From positions 2,976,001 to 3,040,000 of the forward strand of contig NW_027139666.1 in NCBI RefSeq assembly GCF_035084215.1: DNA of 64,000 nt, read 5' to 3'. Origin of the DNA: Heptranchias perlo. Lineage: Eukaryota. The notes under the pieces are model-generated. The model was not told the origin of the DNA. It saw only the letters and a program-made list of their open reading frames with translations, and did no database searches. Below are positions 26,700-41,738 of the stretch, piece by piece. A program made the position numbers and the translations under genes. The first letter of the stretch is position 1, and each line of letters starts with the position of its first letter.

Positions 26700-27889
26700 A
26701 TATCTGCGCATGCGCGGCTCAGCTCCGCCCCCAGCGCTGGTTGTTGCTGAACAGAAGAGCGCATGCGCGCACCCCTCCCCCAGCTCGGCCTGTGGGCGCC
26801 ATTCCCTCAGTGAGCGGAAGAAGTCGGTTCAAAACAGCCGGGAATGGAGAGATCACGGCCCCCGGGGGAAGGGAGCAAAGAGCAGCCTCGTTACAGCAGC
26901 TCATCGCTTCGGGACCGTGTCCGCAGATGGGCTCAGAGATCGGCATTGAGTCCGGGGGAAGGTCAGGGGGAGTCCGTGGGCTGTTTGTAAGAGGCGGAGT
27001 GGATCAGGAACTGGTCCCGGAACATGGAGTGAGCGGGGGAAGGGAGAGGCCATTCTCGGGCTGCGCAGGTACAGGGTGTGTCCAGGGTAAGGGAGACAGA
27101 ATGGGAAGAACCTGCGATTTAAAATCATTGCTGCTTTCTCTCCCCAAACCAGTAGTGAATGGTCCTGGTTTCGTTCCAGTCTCACCCTGTTTGTTGTTAT
27201 TGGACAGTGAAGAGTGGAAACAGAGCCGGACAGGAAGGATGTGGGGAGTTATACAAAGAGCATCTATTGCAGGCATCAGGTGAGAAGTGTGAAGGACACA
27301 TTTTAAACAACGGCTGTTTGCTTTCATTTGAACGGTAAGTCGAATGGGAGAGGGGATTAGAAACCTGACCTGTACAAAGGTCCCTGCCCCATCGGGTTGT
27401 CCCATTCATGGATCAGTCCAGGGGTTGGGTTGTGTCTGGATGTCACTAAATTGTTGTAAAATTGCCCAACACACCTGGTGTGCAGAAGCTGAGTGCTGCA
27501 GTACTGCAGTGGAGTCAGACACTGACACTGTTTGTATCACTGGTTTTCATTTGTGGATATTCAAAATAATCGTTGACATGGGTATTAATTCGAACACTAT
27601 TGTATTTTCTGCCTCACTGGTTCTTGAGTTACTTGAGATAAATTTCTTCCGACAGGCAAATCCTTGAAGGACCCAGAATCAGTGTTATGTTTCCTCCACT
27701 CGAGGCACAAGGAACAGTGCAGCCAACTCCTTCTCCCACACAGTAAGTACATTATCACACACAGCGCACAGAGACACAGAGGCACAGACAGGTCATCAGT
27801 TCCACAGTTTCAGACAGTCGAAGCACTCAGTCCCACACTGATCCCAAGTTCCACCGGCACTTTTTCAATCCAACGTTCAAACAGAGCTG
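26700..27889 (+). other. Copy 2 of the three-exon spliced unit: NRF1 promoter, exons 26844(ATG)-26961, 27208-27279, 27656-27889
   Basis: GCGCATGCG x2 and CCGCCCC upstream; AAG|GTCAGG, TTGGACAG|, CAG|GTGAGA, TTCTTCCGACAG|, CTG|GTGAGG; spliced frame open for 141 codons. Confidence 0.55.
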
Positions 27890-28589
27890 GTGAGGCAGAC
27901 GCTGTTCCATTTCCCCCGAGCTGAGTCCCGTTGACAGGCAGATACAAAAATCCCAGTCCAAGTTCACACTATCAGATTGAAAGGCACTGTGTCAATCTCA
28001 CAATAGGGCAACATTAGGTACGAATTAAATAACAGATCGAAATCACACATGGCACCCGATTGGAAGGTACATAATCTATCCCAATAATGTACCCTGAGAT
28101 TCCAATTGAATACGAGTCCAGAACTCACACACACATGTGAGTTTAATACACTATTCGAATGGATATTGCATGTATCATGTGATACAAATTCCATACCAGT
28201 CCAAAACTCATGTACAGTATCAGATTGAGAAATGCTGTGACAGTGTAACCTGAGAAACAAATTAGATATCAGTTTATAATACACTCATAGTATGAGATTT
28301 ATAGATACAGTATCAATTCTATTAGTGCAGACTGAGCTACACATTATATACCATTTGAAAAGTGTCACCATATCAATTTGAAATGTACATTATCATTCAC
28401 AATTGTACTTACAGAGATACAGATTTAATAGTAGTTCAAAAAGCACACAAATTATCTGATTAAAACCTAGAGCGTCAAATCCTAAAGTGTACCCATATTT
28501 ACCAGTTAAATAATGAGAAATATGACCTAAACATGAAGATATTAAAGCTACAATTTTGAACGCAATAATGCAATCTGAGAGAATAATTA

Positions 28590-31450
28590 CATACAAATAC
28601 AGAATGAATCTCACACTCAGATACAGTACCAGAGACTGACAGATGCAGAAGGAATCCCAAACTCACATACAATACTAGAGACTGACAGACACAGAGCGAA
28701 TCCTACACTCACATATGGTACCAGAGATGACAGATACAGATTGAATCCCACACTGGCATACAGTACCAAGGACTGATAGATATCTGGTTAATTACTCACT
28801 CTCATAAAGTACTAGAGACTGACAGATAAATAATGACACCCACATTCACACAGTACCAGAGTCTGACAGATAGAGAATGAATCACACACTCACACAAAGT
28901 ACCAGAGACTGACAGATAGAGAATGCATCCCACACCAACATGCAGTCTGAGAGGCTGCATATATAGAATGAATTCAACACCCACATACAAGACTGGAGAC
29001 TGAAAGACATAGAATAAATCCAACACTCACAGTATCAGAGACTGCATATATGGAATAAATCACAAACTCACACACACTACTGACAAGATACAGAATGAAT
29101 CTCACACTCACACACTGTTCCAGAGACTGGGAGATACAAAATGAATCACACATTAGTGCAGGCTGAGTAACACATTACTTAGCAGTCCAAGAAGTATCAG
29201 ATTGAAAGATACAATATCAATTCCATTAGTGCAGACTGATCTGCACATTATAAACCACGACAAAAAACTGATGCAAATTCACTCTGAAATATACAGTATT
29301 CCATTCATGCAGACTAAGCTACACGTCATATACAAGTTCAAAAATGTCACGTTATCAGTTTGGAAGATAAACTAATGCACAATTGTGTTCACATCGATAC
29401 CGATTTAATAGTATTCTCAAAAGTGCACACATTCTCTGACTATATTCTACAGAATTTCATTATCAGCCAATTAAACACTGGGAAAAATATGCATACATTG
29501 AGGTATTGAAGATACAGATTTGAACATCATACTGTAAATGGAGATACAAATTACATAGAGATAAAGAATGAATCTCACACTCAGATAGAGGGCCAGAGAC
29601 TGACAAACTGAAGGAAAGCAGCGCTCACACAATGTAACAGTGACTGACAGATACAGAATGAATACTATATTCACACACAGTACAAGGGACTGACAGATAT
29701 ACAATGAATCACATACTTCTAAAGTACCAGAGCCTGACAGATACAGAATGAATCACACATTCACAGACAGTACTAGGGACTGACAGATACAGAATGAATC
29801 TCACAGTCACACACATTAATGCAGTCTGAGTTGCACAATACTTATCAGTCCAAAAATCTCATAGTGTCAGATTGAAAGATACATTATCAATTGCATTAGT
29901 GCAGACTGATCTACACATTATAAACCACTACAAAAAACTGATACGGATTCAGACTGAAATACACTGTGTTCCATTCATGCAGACTGAGCTCCACATGATA
30001 TAAAAGTTCAAAAATGTCACCATATCATTTTGGAAGATAAACGAATTCACAATTGTTTTCCCATCGATACAGATTTAATTGAAGTCCAAAAAGTGCCCAC
30101 ATTCTCTGATTATAAACTACAACATTACATTTTAAAATGTATCATTATCTACCAATTAAACACTGGGAAAAAATATTGATACATTGAGGTATTAAAGATA
30201 GTTTTGACCACCATAGTGTAAACGGAGATGCAAATTACATACAGATAAAGAATGAATCTCACACTCAGATAGAGGGCCAGATACTGAGATGCAGATTGAA
30301 ACCAGCACTCAAACAATGTAACATTGACTGACAGATACAGACTGAATCCTACACTCACACAATGTAACAGTGACTGACAGATACCGAATGAATCCGACAC
30401 TCACACACAGTACAAGGGACTGACAGATATTGAATGATTCCCACACTCACATTCAGTACCAGGGACTGACAGATACAGAATGAATCCCACACTCACATTC
30501 AGTACCAGGGACTGACATATACAGAATGAATCTCACACTCACATGCAATACCAGAGACTGATCGATACAGAATGAAACCCACACTCACACACAGTACCAG
30601 AGACTGACAGATACAGAATGAATCCCACACTCACATACAGATCGAGAGACTGACAGATACAGAATGAATCCCACGCCCACATACAGCACCAGAGACTGAC
30701 AGATACAAAATTAAGCTCACTCACACACAGTAACCGAAACTGACAGGAACATAATGAATCCCACACTCACAGACAGTACTCACAGACATTATTGCAGATC
30801 TGAGCTACACATTACATACCAGTCCAATAATTTCACCATGAACAGATTGAAAGTTACATTATCATTCACATATGAGTTTAGAGATTAAGATGTAATACTA
30901 CTCCAAAACCCACACACTTTGTTTGATTAAAGAAAATCGAAAAATATATCCATATTTACAAATTAAATACTTGACGAAAAACTGCATATACTTTAAAGTA
31001 TTAAAGATACAGTTTCAAGTAAAATACTGGGAACTGAAATAAGAATACAGAGTGAATCCAGATTTGCACTTTGTCTCAGGGACTGAATTACAGAATGAAT
31101 GCCACACTGAGATAAAGTAGCTGAGAATGGCAGATGCAGAATGAATCCCACACTCACAGATAGCACCAGAGACTGACAGTTACAGAGTTAATTCCACACT
31201 TATGCACAGTACCTGAGACTGGCAGATACAGAATTAATCCCTCTCTCATATACAGTGAAAGAGACTGGCAGACGCAGAACGATCCTAAACTCATATGTAG
31301 TGCCAGAGACTGAGAGATACAGAATAAATACCATGCTCATACTCAGTACCAGAGAATGACAGATGCAGAATGAATCCCACACACACAGTATCAGAGATTG
31401 ACAGATACAGATGAAATCCCGCTCTCATGCAAAGTACAAGAGACTGACCT
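28590..31450 (-). repeat. 46-bp satellite arrays, inverted copy of 4480-7465
   Basis: Reverse complement units CAGTACCAGAGACTGACAGATACAGAATGAATCCCACACTCACA. Confidence 0.9.
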
Positions 31451-32354
31451 CTACTGGACGTAGGCGAGAACTGTGAAAGTGCGGAAAACAAATTCACATC
31501 ATCTGTCGTGGTTGCAGAAACAGGACAATGTGCAATGTGAGGAAAGTTTCTGTCTGTCAATTCTCCTCTCGTAATTTTGCACGTTTCGTGATTGCAAAAT
31601 GAAGACAATTGATTCAAAATAAAGTTTTTGTTTCACTCATTCGATAGTTGTGAATTTACCCCGTTATTTTTCACTTACATTGCGCAGTATTTCTCTCTGA
31701 TTTCTCAGGACACGATTTACATTGCTCCTCTACCCCATTTAAACTCATATTTTCCAAGCAGTATGTGGCCTCCTTATTCCCCCTAACAAAATGCACCAGC
31801 TCACAACTTTCTATATTGAAATTCAATACACATTTACACGGCCGTTCTGCAAGTATATTTTTTCGAAGTATTGGCTATAATCCCAAAATCAATTACAAGA
31901 ATTTAACACAGCATTAAAACCAATGCTTGGTCTAACAAAATGTATTTGCATCTCGTCTCCATTCCCAGTTTTTCTAAATCACACTCGTGCAAGATATTGT
32001 GAAGAATGAGTTTATCTTCTGTCCCTCTCTCATCGGCAAACTTCATTGACCCGGGGTTTGGGGACATCTACTGGCCGGAAGCAGAACTGCAACAGTTCGG
32101 AACAAATTGCTGAAACCGAACAATGTGCAGTGGGAGCGAGTTTGTGATTGGTGGCAGGTTCTAAATCTGATTGGTTTCTTCAGGTATCCAATCAGAGAGT
32201 TACAGTGAATAATTATTGCGACATCACTCTCAGTGACCCAATCACAATCATTGCCTTCCCCCATCCCTCATTACCATAGGGTTGTGGGGCTGCCGATTTA
32301 ATCCGAGCTCGGAGCGGATTTGGGTCATTTCTGGGTCTGAAATTGAGTTTGAAA

Positions 32355-32729
32355 ATGCCTGAGGACAAGAAAGCAGCTCCCAAGAAGGGCGCCAAGAAAA
32401 CCTTGAGTAAAGCACCAGCCAAGGGCGGCAAGAAGCGGAGAAAGTCGAGGAAGGAGAGTTACTCCATCTATATCTACAAAGTGATGAAGCAGGTTCACCC
32501 CGACACCGGCATCTCCTCCAAGGCCATGGGCATCATGAACTCCTTTGTGAACGATATTTTCGAGCGCATCGCGGGTGAGGCTTCCCGCCTGGCCCATTAC
32601 AACAAGCGGGCGACCATCAGCTCCCGGGAGATCCAGACCGCCGTGCGCCTGCTGCTGCCCGGGGAACTGGCCAAGCACGCTGTGTCGGAAGGGACAAAGG
32701 CGGTGACCAAGTACACCAGCTCCAAGTAA
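32355..32729 (+). CDS. H2B: Histone H2B, 124 aa
   Basis: Complete ORF; stem-loop GGCTCTTTTAAGAGCC at 32762-32777 and GAAAGAGCTG downstream. Confidence 0.97.
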   Translation: MPEDKKAAPKKGAKKTLSKAPAKGGKKRRKSRKESYSIYIYKVMKQVHPDTGISSKAMGIMNSFVNDIFERIAGEASRLAHYNKRATISSREIQTAVRLLLPGELAKHAVSEGTKAVTKYTSSK

Positions 32730-33529
32730 AACTCCACAATGTACTGAAAAAAAACCACAACGGCTCTTTTAAGAGCCACCCACAACCTCTCTGAAAGAGC
32801 TGCATTTCCTATATAATTGCTTAGTATCTTTTAATACCGCGATATTATTCCAATCCAAAACTGATACTGTAACTGCACCGTTGAAATTTCTGACCCATAA
32901 ACTGAACGCGAGTTTCTGATCCGCTCCTTCCCATTCGTTTTGTTCTTAAAGCGTTACTATTCCAGCCACGAACACACCCTGAATGACCCCGGGAGCAATT
33001 CCATTATCTCTATGAATTCAATCTCAGAAATGTTTAATGTCTGAGGTGAAAATCCCCATATTAAAAGCAAACGCACCCCTTGCAGAAACACAGCGGAATA
33101 GGGGCAGAATGAGAATTCCGTCCGGGTCCCTCGTTTCATAGAAGCACTCCCGGCTCTGTGAGAAAGGAACAAACTATAACGTGTCACTTTCAGAAAGACT
33201 GAATTGAAACGTGTCACTTCACGGAATGCTGTGAATGGGGCTTTAGTCCCGTCCGGTACAGTTTGTAAGCGATAATAGAATGAGCCATAAATTAAAGCAG
33301 ATTTTAAAACAGCGCCAGCGATTGGTGACGGGTAGCGCTGAATAAGACAAGATAAAAAGAACGGGTTTAAAATCTTGTGCTCAGGGCGACATTGATCTAA
33401 ATCCGGTCCTTTACGACACTGGCGGGTTTTTTGAAATTCATAAAATTCCTGATCTGTCCGTTGAGGCCGTTAAATCCCGCCCTCATCTAATTTCCAGCTA
33501 TCTGATTGGTTATTGAAATAGGCAAATGA

Positions 33530-34030
<501 letters not shown>

Positions 34031-35033
34031 ACCGGTCAAGATTTAATCTGGTAACCCAAAGGCTCTTTTCAGAGCCACCCACTGTATCTATGAAAGGGCT
34101 GAAGCGAGTCAGAGCTTAATTTAATAATAAATCGCTTAGTTAGAAACTAACGATATGTTGTTGAATACAAATGATCTGTTCAATACTCGCTTCTGGACAG
34201 TAGATGTCGCCAACCTCCAATAGGTTGAAATTTACAGATTGTATCGGAAATGAGGCACAAAATAATCAGTTCATTGAACTGGGAGGGTGGAATACAGAAA
34301 TAACAGGTGAGTTTGATCATCGGCAACAAGAGGCACTCTATTGTGTTGCGGCCATTATAGTAAGTGTTATTTACAGTCTCATCCTCCCAGAACACTTACT
34401 CGGTCTGACTTCCAATACCCAGATTTGTCCTCCAGAAGGTGACGGATGTGTTGATTATTGTGTCAGCGATTGCTGAATCAATGAATGAAATTTGTCTATT
34501 ATTGGCTGAGTGAGGGATTTATTCTGTCCCTGTCAGTCTGTTCCTGTGTCAGTGACGAGTACCGCAGTGAATGTGACACTAAGTTTTACACTGCTTCTGA
34601 TTCTAGCGCTGAGCGAAAACACTTAAGTTCTATTCGTGCGAGTTACAGTGAAACAGCCTCTGTCACAATAACTGGAGAGGAAAAATAGACAAACTTTATT
34701 TGATCCAAGTCTGGTTCATTAGAGATGAAAATATTTCCAACAGTGCCAAGCTGATACTATATCGGAAATGAAAACTTGCATCTCTTGTACTTTGCACGCG
34801 TGCCCGAGCCTCTCCCTGTATCGATGTCCGAGTTAGATTGACACTGGGGGTGTAGATGCCTCACGTGAAAGTGTAGGACCGGAATCAGACCATTCTGTAC
34901 CTGTTTGCCAGTAGTTTCCCTGTCCAAATGTGCCACTGGATGTGTTGATGGGTTAACAGTTATTAAACTGATCACTTACGTATTTTCTACCTCACCTGTT
35001 CTTGAGTTACATGCGATACGTTTCTTTCTACAG

Positions 35034-35258
35034 GCAAACCCTTGAACGAGCCAGAGTGAATGTGACGTTTCCTCCACCCGAGGCAAAGGAACAGTGCAGC
35101 CAGCGCCTTCTCACACACAGTATGTCCATTATCACTCTCAGAGCACAGAGACACAGACAGCTCATCAGTTCCACAGTCTCAGACAGCAGAAGTAGTCAGT
35201 CCCACACTGATCTCAAGTTCCAGAGACACATTTTCAATCCAACAGCCAAACAGAGCAG
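35034..35258 (+). other. Isolated copy of exon 3 of the spliced unit (225 nt, open in phase 2)
   Basis: TTTCTTTCTACAG| acceptor and CAG|GTGAGG donor; 34960-36100 is an inverted paralog of ~52600-53745. Confidence 0.55.
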
Positions 35259-35919
35259 GTGAGGCAGACACTGTTCCATTTCTCCCGAACTCAGTCCCGC
35301 TGACAGGTAGATACAAAAATTCCAGTCCAAAGTCTCGTTTTCAGATTGTCAATTTCACATAATGGCAATGTTAGCCGTGAATTAAATACCAGATACCCCG
35401 AGATTCAAATTGAATACGAGCCCAGAACTCTCACACACACGTGAGTTCAATACATGCCTTATTCATTCGAATAGTGCATCATTCGGATACAAATTGCAAG
35501 TCGAAAACTCATGTACAATATCAGATTGAGAAATGCTGTGACAGTATAACCTGAGAAACACATTAGATACCAGTTTATAATATACTCATGTTAAGAGATT
35601 TAATGATACAGTATCACAGACACACAAGTCCAAAAATCTTACAAAACAAAAATTAAAGATGCAGTATCAATTCATTTCATGCAGACTGATCTGCACATTA
35701 TATACCAATTCAAAAATGTCAGTTTGAAAGATACATTATCATTCACAATATTACTCAGAGATACAGATTTAATAGTTGTCCAAAAAGCACACAAATTATC
35801 TGATTAAAACCTCCAGCATCAAATCCTAAAGTGTATCCATATTGATAAAAACTATTTAAACATTGAGATATTAAAGCTACAATATTGAACACCATAATGT
35901 AATCTGAGAGAATAAATAT

Positions 35920-36938
35920 AGACACAGAATGAATCTCACACTCAGATACAGTACAGAGACTGACATGCAGAAGGAATCCGAAACTCACATACAGTACTGG
36001 AGACTGACAGATACAGAGTGAATCCCACACTCACACACAGTACCAGAGACTGACAGATACAAAATAAATCCCTCACTCACACACAGTACCAGAGACTGAC
36101 AGATACAGAATGTATCCCACATTCACACACAGTACCAGAGACGAACAAATACAGAATGCACCCCACACTCACACACAGGACAAGAGACTGACAGATTTAG
36201 ATTCAATCCTACATTCAAATACAGTACCAGAGACGGACAGATACAGAATGAATCCCACACTCACACACAGTACGGGAGAGGGACAGATCCAGAATGAATC
36301 TCACACTCACACACAGGCCAAGAGACGGACAGATCCAGAATGAATCCAACATTCACACACAGGCCAAGAGACTGACAGATACAGAATAAATCCCTCTCTC
36401 ACACACAGTACCAGAAACTGACGAATACAGAATGTACCCCACACTCACACACAGGACAAGAGACAGAGAGATTTAGAATTAATTCCACATTCAAATACAG
36501 TACCAGAGACTGACAGATACAGAATGCACCCCACACTCACACACAGGACAAGAGACTGACAGATTTAGATTGAATCCTACATTCAAATACAGTACCAGAG
36601 ACGGACAGATACAGAATGAATCCCACACTCACACACAGTACGGGAGAGGGACAGATACAGAATGAATCCCACACTCGCACACAGTACCAGAGACTGACAG
36701 ATCTCGAATGAATCCCACACTCACACACAGTACCCGAGACTGACAGATACAGAATGAATCCCACACTCACACACAGTACCAGAGACTGATAGATACAGAA
36801 TGAATCCCACACTCACACACAGTACTAGAGTCTGATAGATACAGAATGAATCCCACACTCACACACAGTACCATAGACTGACAGATACAGAATGAATCCG
36901 ATACTCACACACAGTACCAGAGACTGACAGATACAGAA
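35920..36938 (-). repeat. 46-bp satellite array
   Basis: Tandem reverse-complement units of the 46-bp satellite. Confidence 0.92.
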
Positions 36939-38220
36939 TTGCTGCTTTACTCGGTCATCATCCTTTGAATCTGGTAGATAAATTGAAAGAAAGTCAGTGA
37001 AACTACTCCATTTTAATGTTTGTCTCTGTAGAATTTACTGCCCAATAAAGTGAACACGGGTCCGGGGTCCGTTCATTTCCCTTTTGCTTTGCTCTCGCTC
37101 TCATTCAGATTTACACCGCCCCCGGTTTTCCCGTGAACCACCACTTTCAGGGCTATGAATCAGAATTCAGTTCCTTCCTCTTTCTCACTGTGGAGCCAAT
37201 CTCTGAAATAATTAATTACTGATCTTAATATCCCGCATATTAGCAGCACGTTCCCCGCAGTGTAACAATCCAGAATGAACGATTGGAGAAAAGAATTGGC
37301 TCATTTTCAGGCTTCGTCCATGATTCCGTTTTCAGGACACACGGTTCCTGTTCAGTCCCTGCAACGGAATCAATTGATAACCTGGAGTTTGTTATTTTTA
37401 CAGGTAGAAGTGAAATTTGTCCATATCAGCAATCTATGATTGGGATTATATTCCGCAAGTTATAGACAATGTGTTTTTGAAACAGCGCTCGGAATTTGGG
37501 ACGTGTAATACGGAATAACATTATTACAAAGAGATTTTAAGTCTTTGTGTAAAAACGACATGTCCGAGTAATTCACTTATTTCATACACTGAAATTGGCG
37601 GCTTTTTTCAAATTTTAAAAAATCGGTCAATTGTGGCCAATAATTTGCTCCGTTTTCTTATTGTCGTCTCTCCGATTGGTTAAGGAAATTAGTTTTCAAG
37701 CAAAGTAACCAATGAGAGGTAGCCTCTATTTACAGCGGGGTTTGCCAGTTGGGCCTGTGGTAATTCCAGGTCCCCAATGACTGAGCTCAAACGGTTCAAT
37801 TTCACAAACCCTCTCAGTATCAGTGTCAGAAACAACCGTCAGAGGGAAAATCCATATCACAAGCTGGGCCCTTATCACAGCGGCTCAGCTCAACCTGTTC
37901 TCCCATGGAAACCCCCGGTCCCACATCACAACATCTGACTGATAAATAGAACCAAAACAGAGCGAATGGAGTGAAGGAGCATTTCAGCGAGGGGGGCGGG
38001 GTGGAATTCAGCTCCGGGTAAACTCACTTGTAACGTTCCCTGGACAATTCAGTGCACTCAATAAGGGAAAGTTCCCTCTCAGTAACCGGTGCAGATCGCC
38101 GCCGATCCCACCTCACCGTACTGTGTGTCACAGAAAACTCTTTAATTATAAAACTACTCCCTAGCCCCATATATCCCGCACCAGTTCCCAGGTCAGTGCT
38201 CTCTCTGTGAGGCGGTGGGT

Positions 38221-38236
38221 GGCTCTCAGAAGAGCC
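38221..38236 (-). promoter_or_regulatory. Histone 3' stem-loop of the H4 pseudogene
   Basis: GGCTCTTCTGAGAGCC on minus strand, followed by AGAGAGAGCACTG. Confidence 0.9.
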
Positions 38237-38271
38237 TTTGTTTTGTGTCCGGTTAGAAAGGGTCGAGTTGT

Positions 38272-38652
<381 letters not shown>

Positions 38653-39169
38653 TTATAAAGCCCGCCCCGACCTGGTTGAGAAATGCACATTATCGGAGAG
38701 TCCGGGGAAGAGTGTTTGAATGAAAGACAGAGCATGAAGTGCGGGAGAGGAGGAGACTGGCTCAGAATGACGGACAAGCGGACGTGCAACTTCAAGCTCC
38801 GCCTCCAGGAATTAGTTACCGTCCTTTATAAAATTTTCACCAGCATCAAATAGGAAATACAAATTCAGAGACAATCCTTACAGACTCCGGCTTGATATTC
38901 AAGGGTTTCCAGAAAAAAAGGCGGAATATATAATTTAAATTCAATAAATGAGGCACACTACAGTTCCAACACAATCACTTTCATAATAAAATCAATCAAT
39001 GCCGCTACGGAACCGTTGGAAGAGGGATAGTTTTAGTTTCAGATTTGTAGCTGACAGGAGGCGCCCAATAGTTTAATAAACATCAATCGGTGTGGAAGGC
39101 AATCTGTACCTTTCCGTGCTTGGGTCAGTATGGACTGGATAGAATCAGGCACTGGGATGAATGGAGAAT

Positions 39170-39820
39170 GATCCTGTGTGGGGACTGGGTAGATTCAGGT
39201 CCTGGGATGGACAGAGACAGTTACTGTGTGGGTACAATGCGTTTATTGGAGCTGAAGTCATTGGGAACTGGACAGAATCAGGGAACGGAATGGACAGACC
39301 CAGGTCCTGTATGGGGACTGCATGGATTCAGGGACCAGGATGGACAGACCCAGGTCTTGTGTGGGGACTGGATAGATTCAGATATTGGATGGACAGACCC
39401 AGGTCCTGTGTGTGGACTGGATAGATTCAGGTATTGGATGGACAGACCCAGGTCCTGTGTGTGGACTGGATAGATTCAGGTATTGGATGGACAGACCCAG
39501 TTCCTGTGTGTGGACTGCATATATTCAGGGACCGGGATGGACAGAGACAGTTCCTGTGTGGGTAAAATGAGTTTAATTAGAGCTGAGGTCATTGGGGACT
39601 GGATAGATTCAGGGACCGGAATGGATGGAGATTGGTCATGTGTGGCTATTATGAATTGAATTAGAGCTGGAGTCAGTGTGAAATTGGATAGATTCAGGGA
39701 CCGGGATGGACATACCCAGGTCCTGTTTGGGGACTGGATAGATTCAGTGGTCGGGATGGACAGACCCAGGTCCTGTTTGGGGACTGGATCGATTCAGGGA
39801 CCGGGATGGACAGAGACTTG
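39170..39820 (+). repeat. ~49-50-bp tandem repeat (GGACTGGATAGATTCAGGGACCGGGATGGACAGACCCAGGTCCTGTGTG)
   Basis: Direct tandem copies with interruptions. Confidence 0.88.
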
Positions 39821-39859
39821 ACCCTGGCCACTGTGTGAGCCGGAATATGACCGTTCGCA

Positions 39860-40170
39860 ACCTTTGTGTCCTATCTGACCCTGAGATGAGCATCCGACCA
39901 CATATCCGCTCCATCACCAAGACCTAATTCCACCTTTGAAACATCGCGCGTCTCCGCCCCTGCCTCAGCTGATCTGGTGCTGAAACACTCATCCATTCCC
40001 TTGTTACCTCCAGACTTGGCTATTCCAATGCTCTCCTGGTCAGCCTCCGATCTTCCACGCTCTGTAAACATGAACTCCTACAAATCTCCGTTGCCCTATT
40101 CTAACTCCCTCCAACTCCCGTTCACCTGTCACCCTTGTGTTCGGTGACTTACATTGGCTCCCATTCCTTC
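39860..40170 (+). mobile_element. L2 LINE fragment
   Basis: Translates to AETLIHSLVTSRLGYSNALL..L...TL.K...VT.V..DLHWLP, an L2 ORF2 signature. Confidence 0.75.
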
Positions 40171-40320
40171 AACCGCTATAGTGATGTAATATATCAACGT
40201 AGACCGGGGATAACTGTGATCAATAGGTCAGTCTCTTCAGACAGTAACCAGCCCTTTCACAGATACAGTGGGTGGCTCTGAAAAGAGCCTTTGGGTTGAT
40301 CAGATTAAATCTTGGCCGAT

Positions 40321-40770
<450 letters not shown>

Positions 40771-41738
40771 TTATACCTTCTGGAGGTATAAAGTGGGGGC
40801 ACTTGTAATTGGTCAATCTGTTTTCACTCTCATTGGTTTAGCGAACAGCCCAATCAGAGAGCTGTTTTATTCGCCAATCAATAGCCGGCAATGAGAAAAG
40901 GGCGGAAAATACCGAACTGAACCGTTTTTTTGAAATTTGAAAAGCCCGCCAAAATATTTGTAACACAAGAAGCGGATTTAGTAAATAATGTCGCCTTAAG
41001 ACAAAGATTAAAAAATCTCTCTCCTTTTACTCTGTTATTGCACATTTCCCGTCACAACTTCCAGAATCTTTTACAATCCGTTTAAAATCCGGCTCCCTTC
41101 ACCGTTCGCTTTCAATCTGGCGGGAGTAAAGTAACATTTTGTAACGGGACAGATTCCAGCTCAATCTTTGTAAAAGTAACAAACCACAGATTGTGGATTG
41201 ATCCCTGTTCACAGGAGCTGCAGCGCGATCGAAACCGGAGCCGAGACTCCTGGTGTAAGAAGTCGAACAGTGACAGAGCCTTTCGACTTTTCTGTACTCG
41301 GTGTGACGTCCCTTTCAGGGTTGCTGCATTTCAAATGATTGCGGTTCTCAAAGTGATATTCCAGAATAATGAACAAACAAACGTGAAAAGGAGAAAGAAA
41401 TGAAGTCTAATCCATCGCCTTAAGACGGCTATGAAGAGGCAGACGCGGGGGAAGGGGCGGAATATGAACGGGAATGAGAGGATCAGGGACACGTTTTTGG
41501 TTATTGGAACTAAACAGAAAGCGACACATAGATTATTATACCTGGCAGTGATTATGAGAATCTTCCAGATTTCAAGAGAAATTAGAAAAGCACAAGAGTT
41601 ATAGAGAGACAGTTAGTATCAAACTATCTACAGTAAAATGATTCCATACAGAGGGGTCGGCACAGCGTCTTCAGAGAGACTGTGGGTGGCTCTTAAAAGA
41701 GCCTTTGTGTTTATTTTTTTTCAGTTGATTGTGGAGTT

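Noticed and set aside
26540-27283. 247-aa unspliced ORF across the NRF1 element
   Set aside because: Starts at GTG upstream of the promoter motifs, runs through a probable intron and is broken in the other copies
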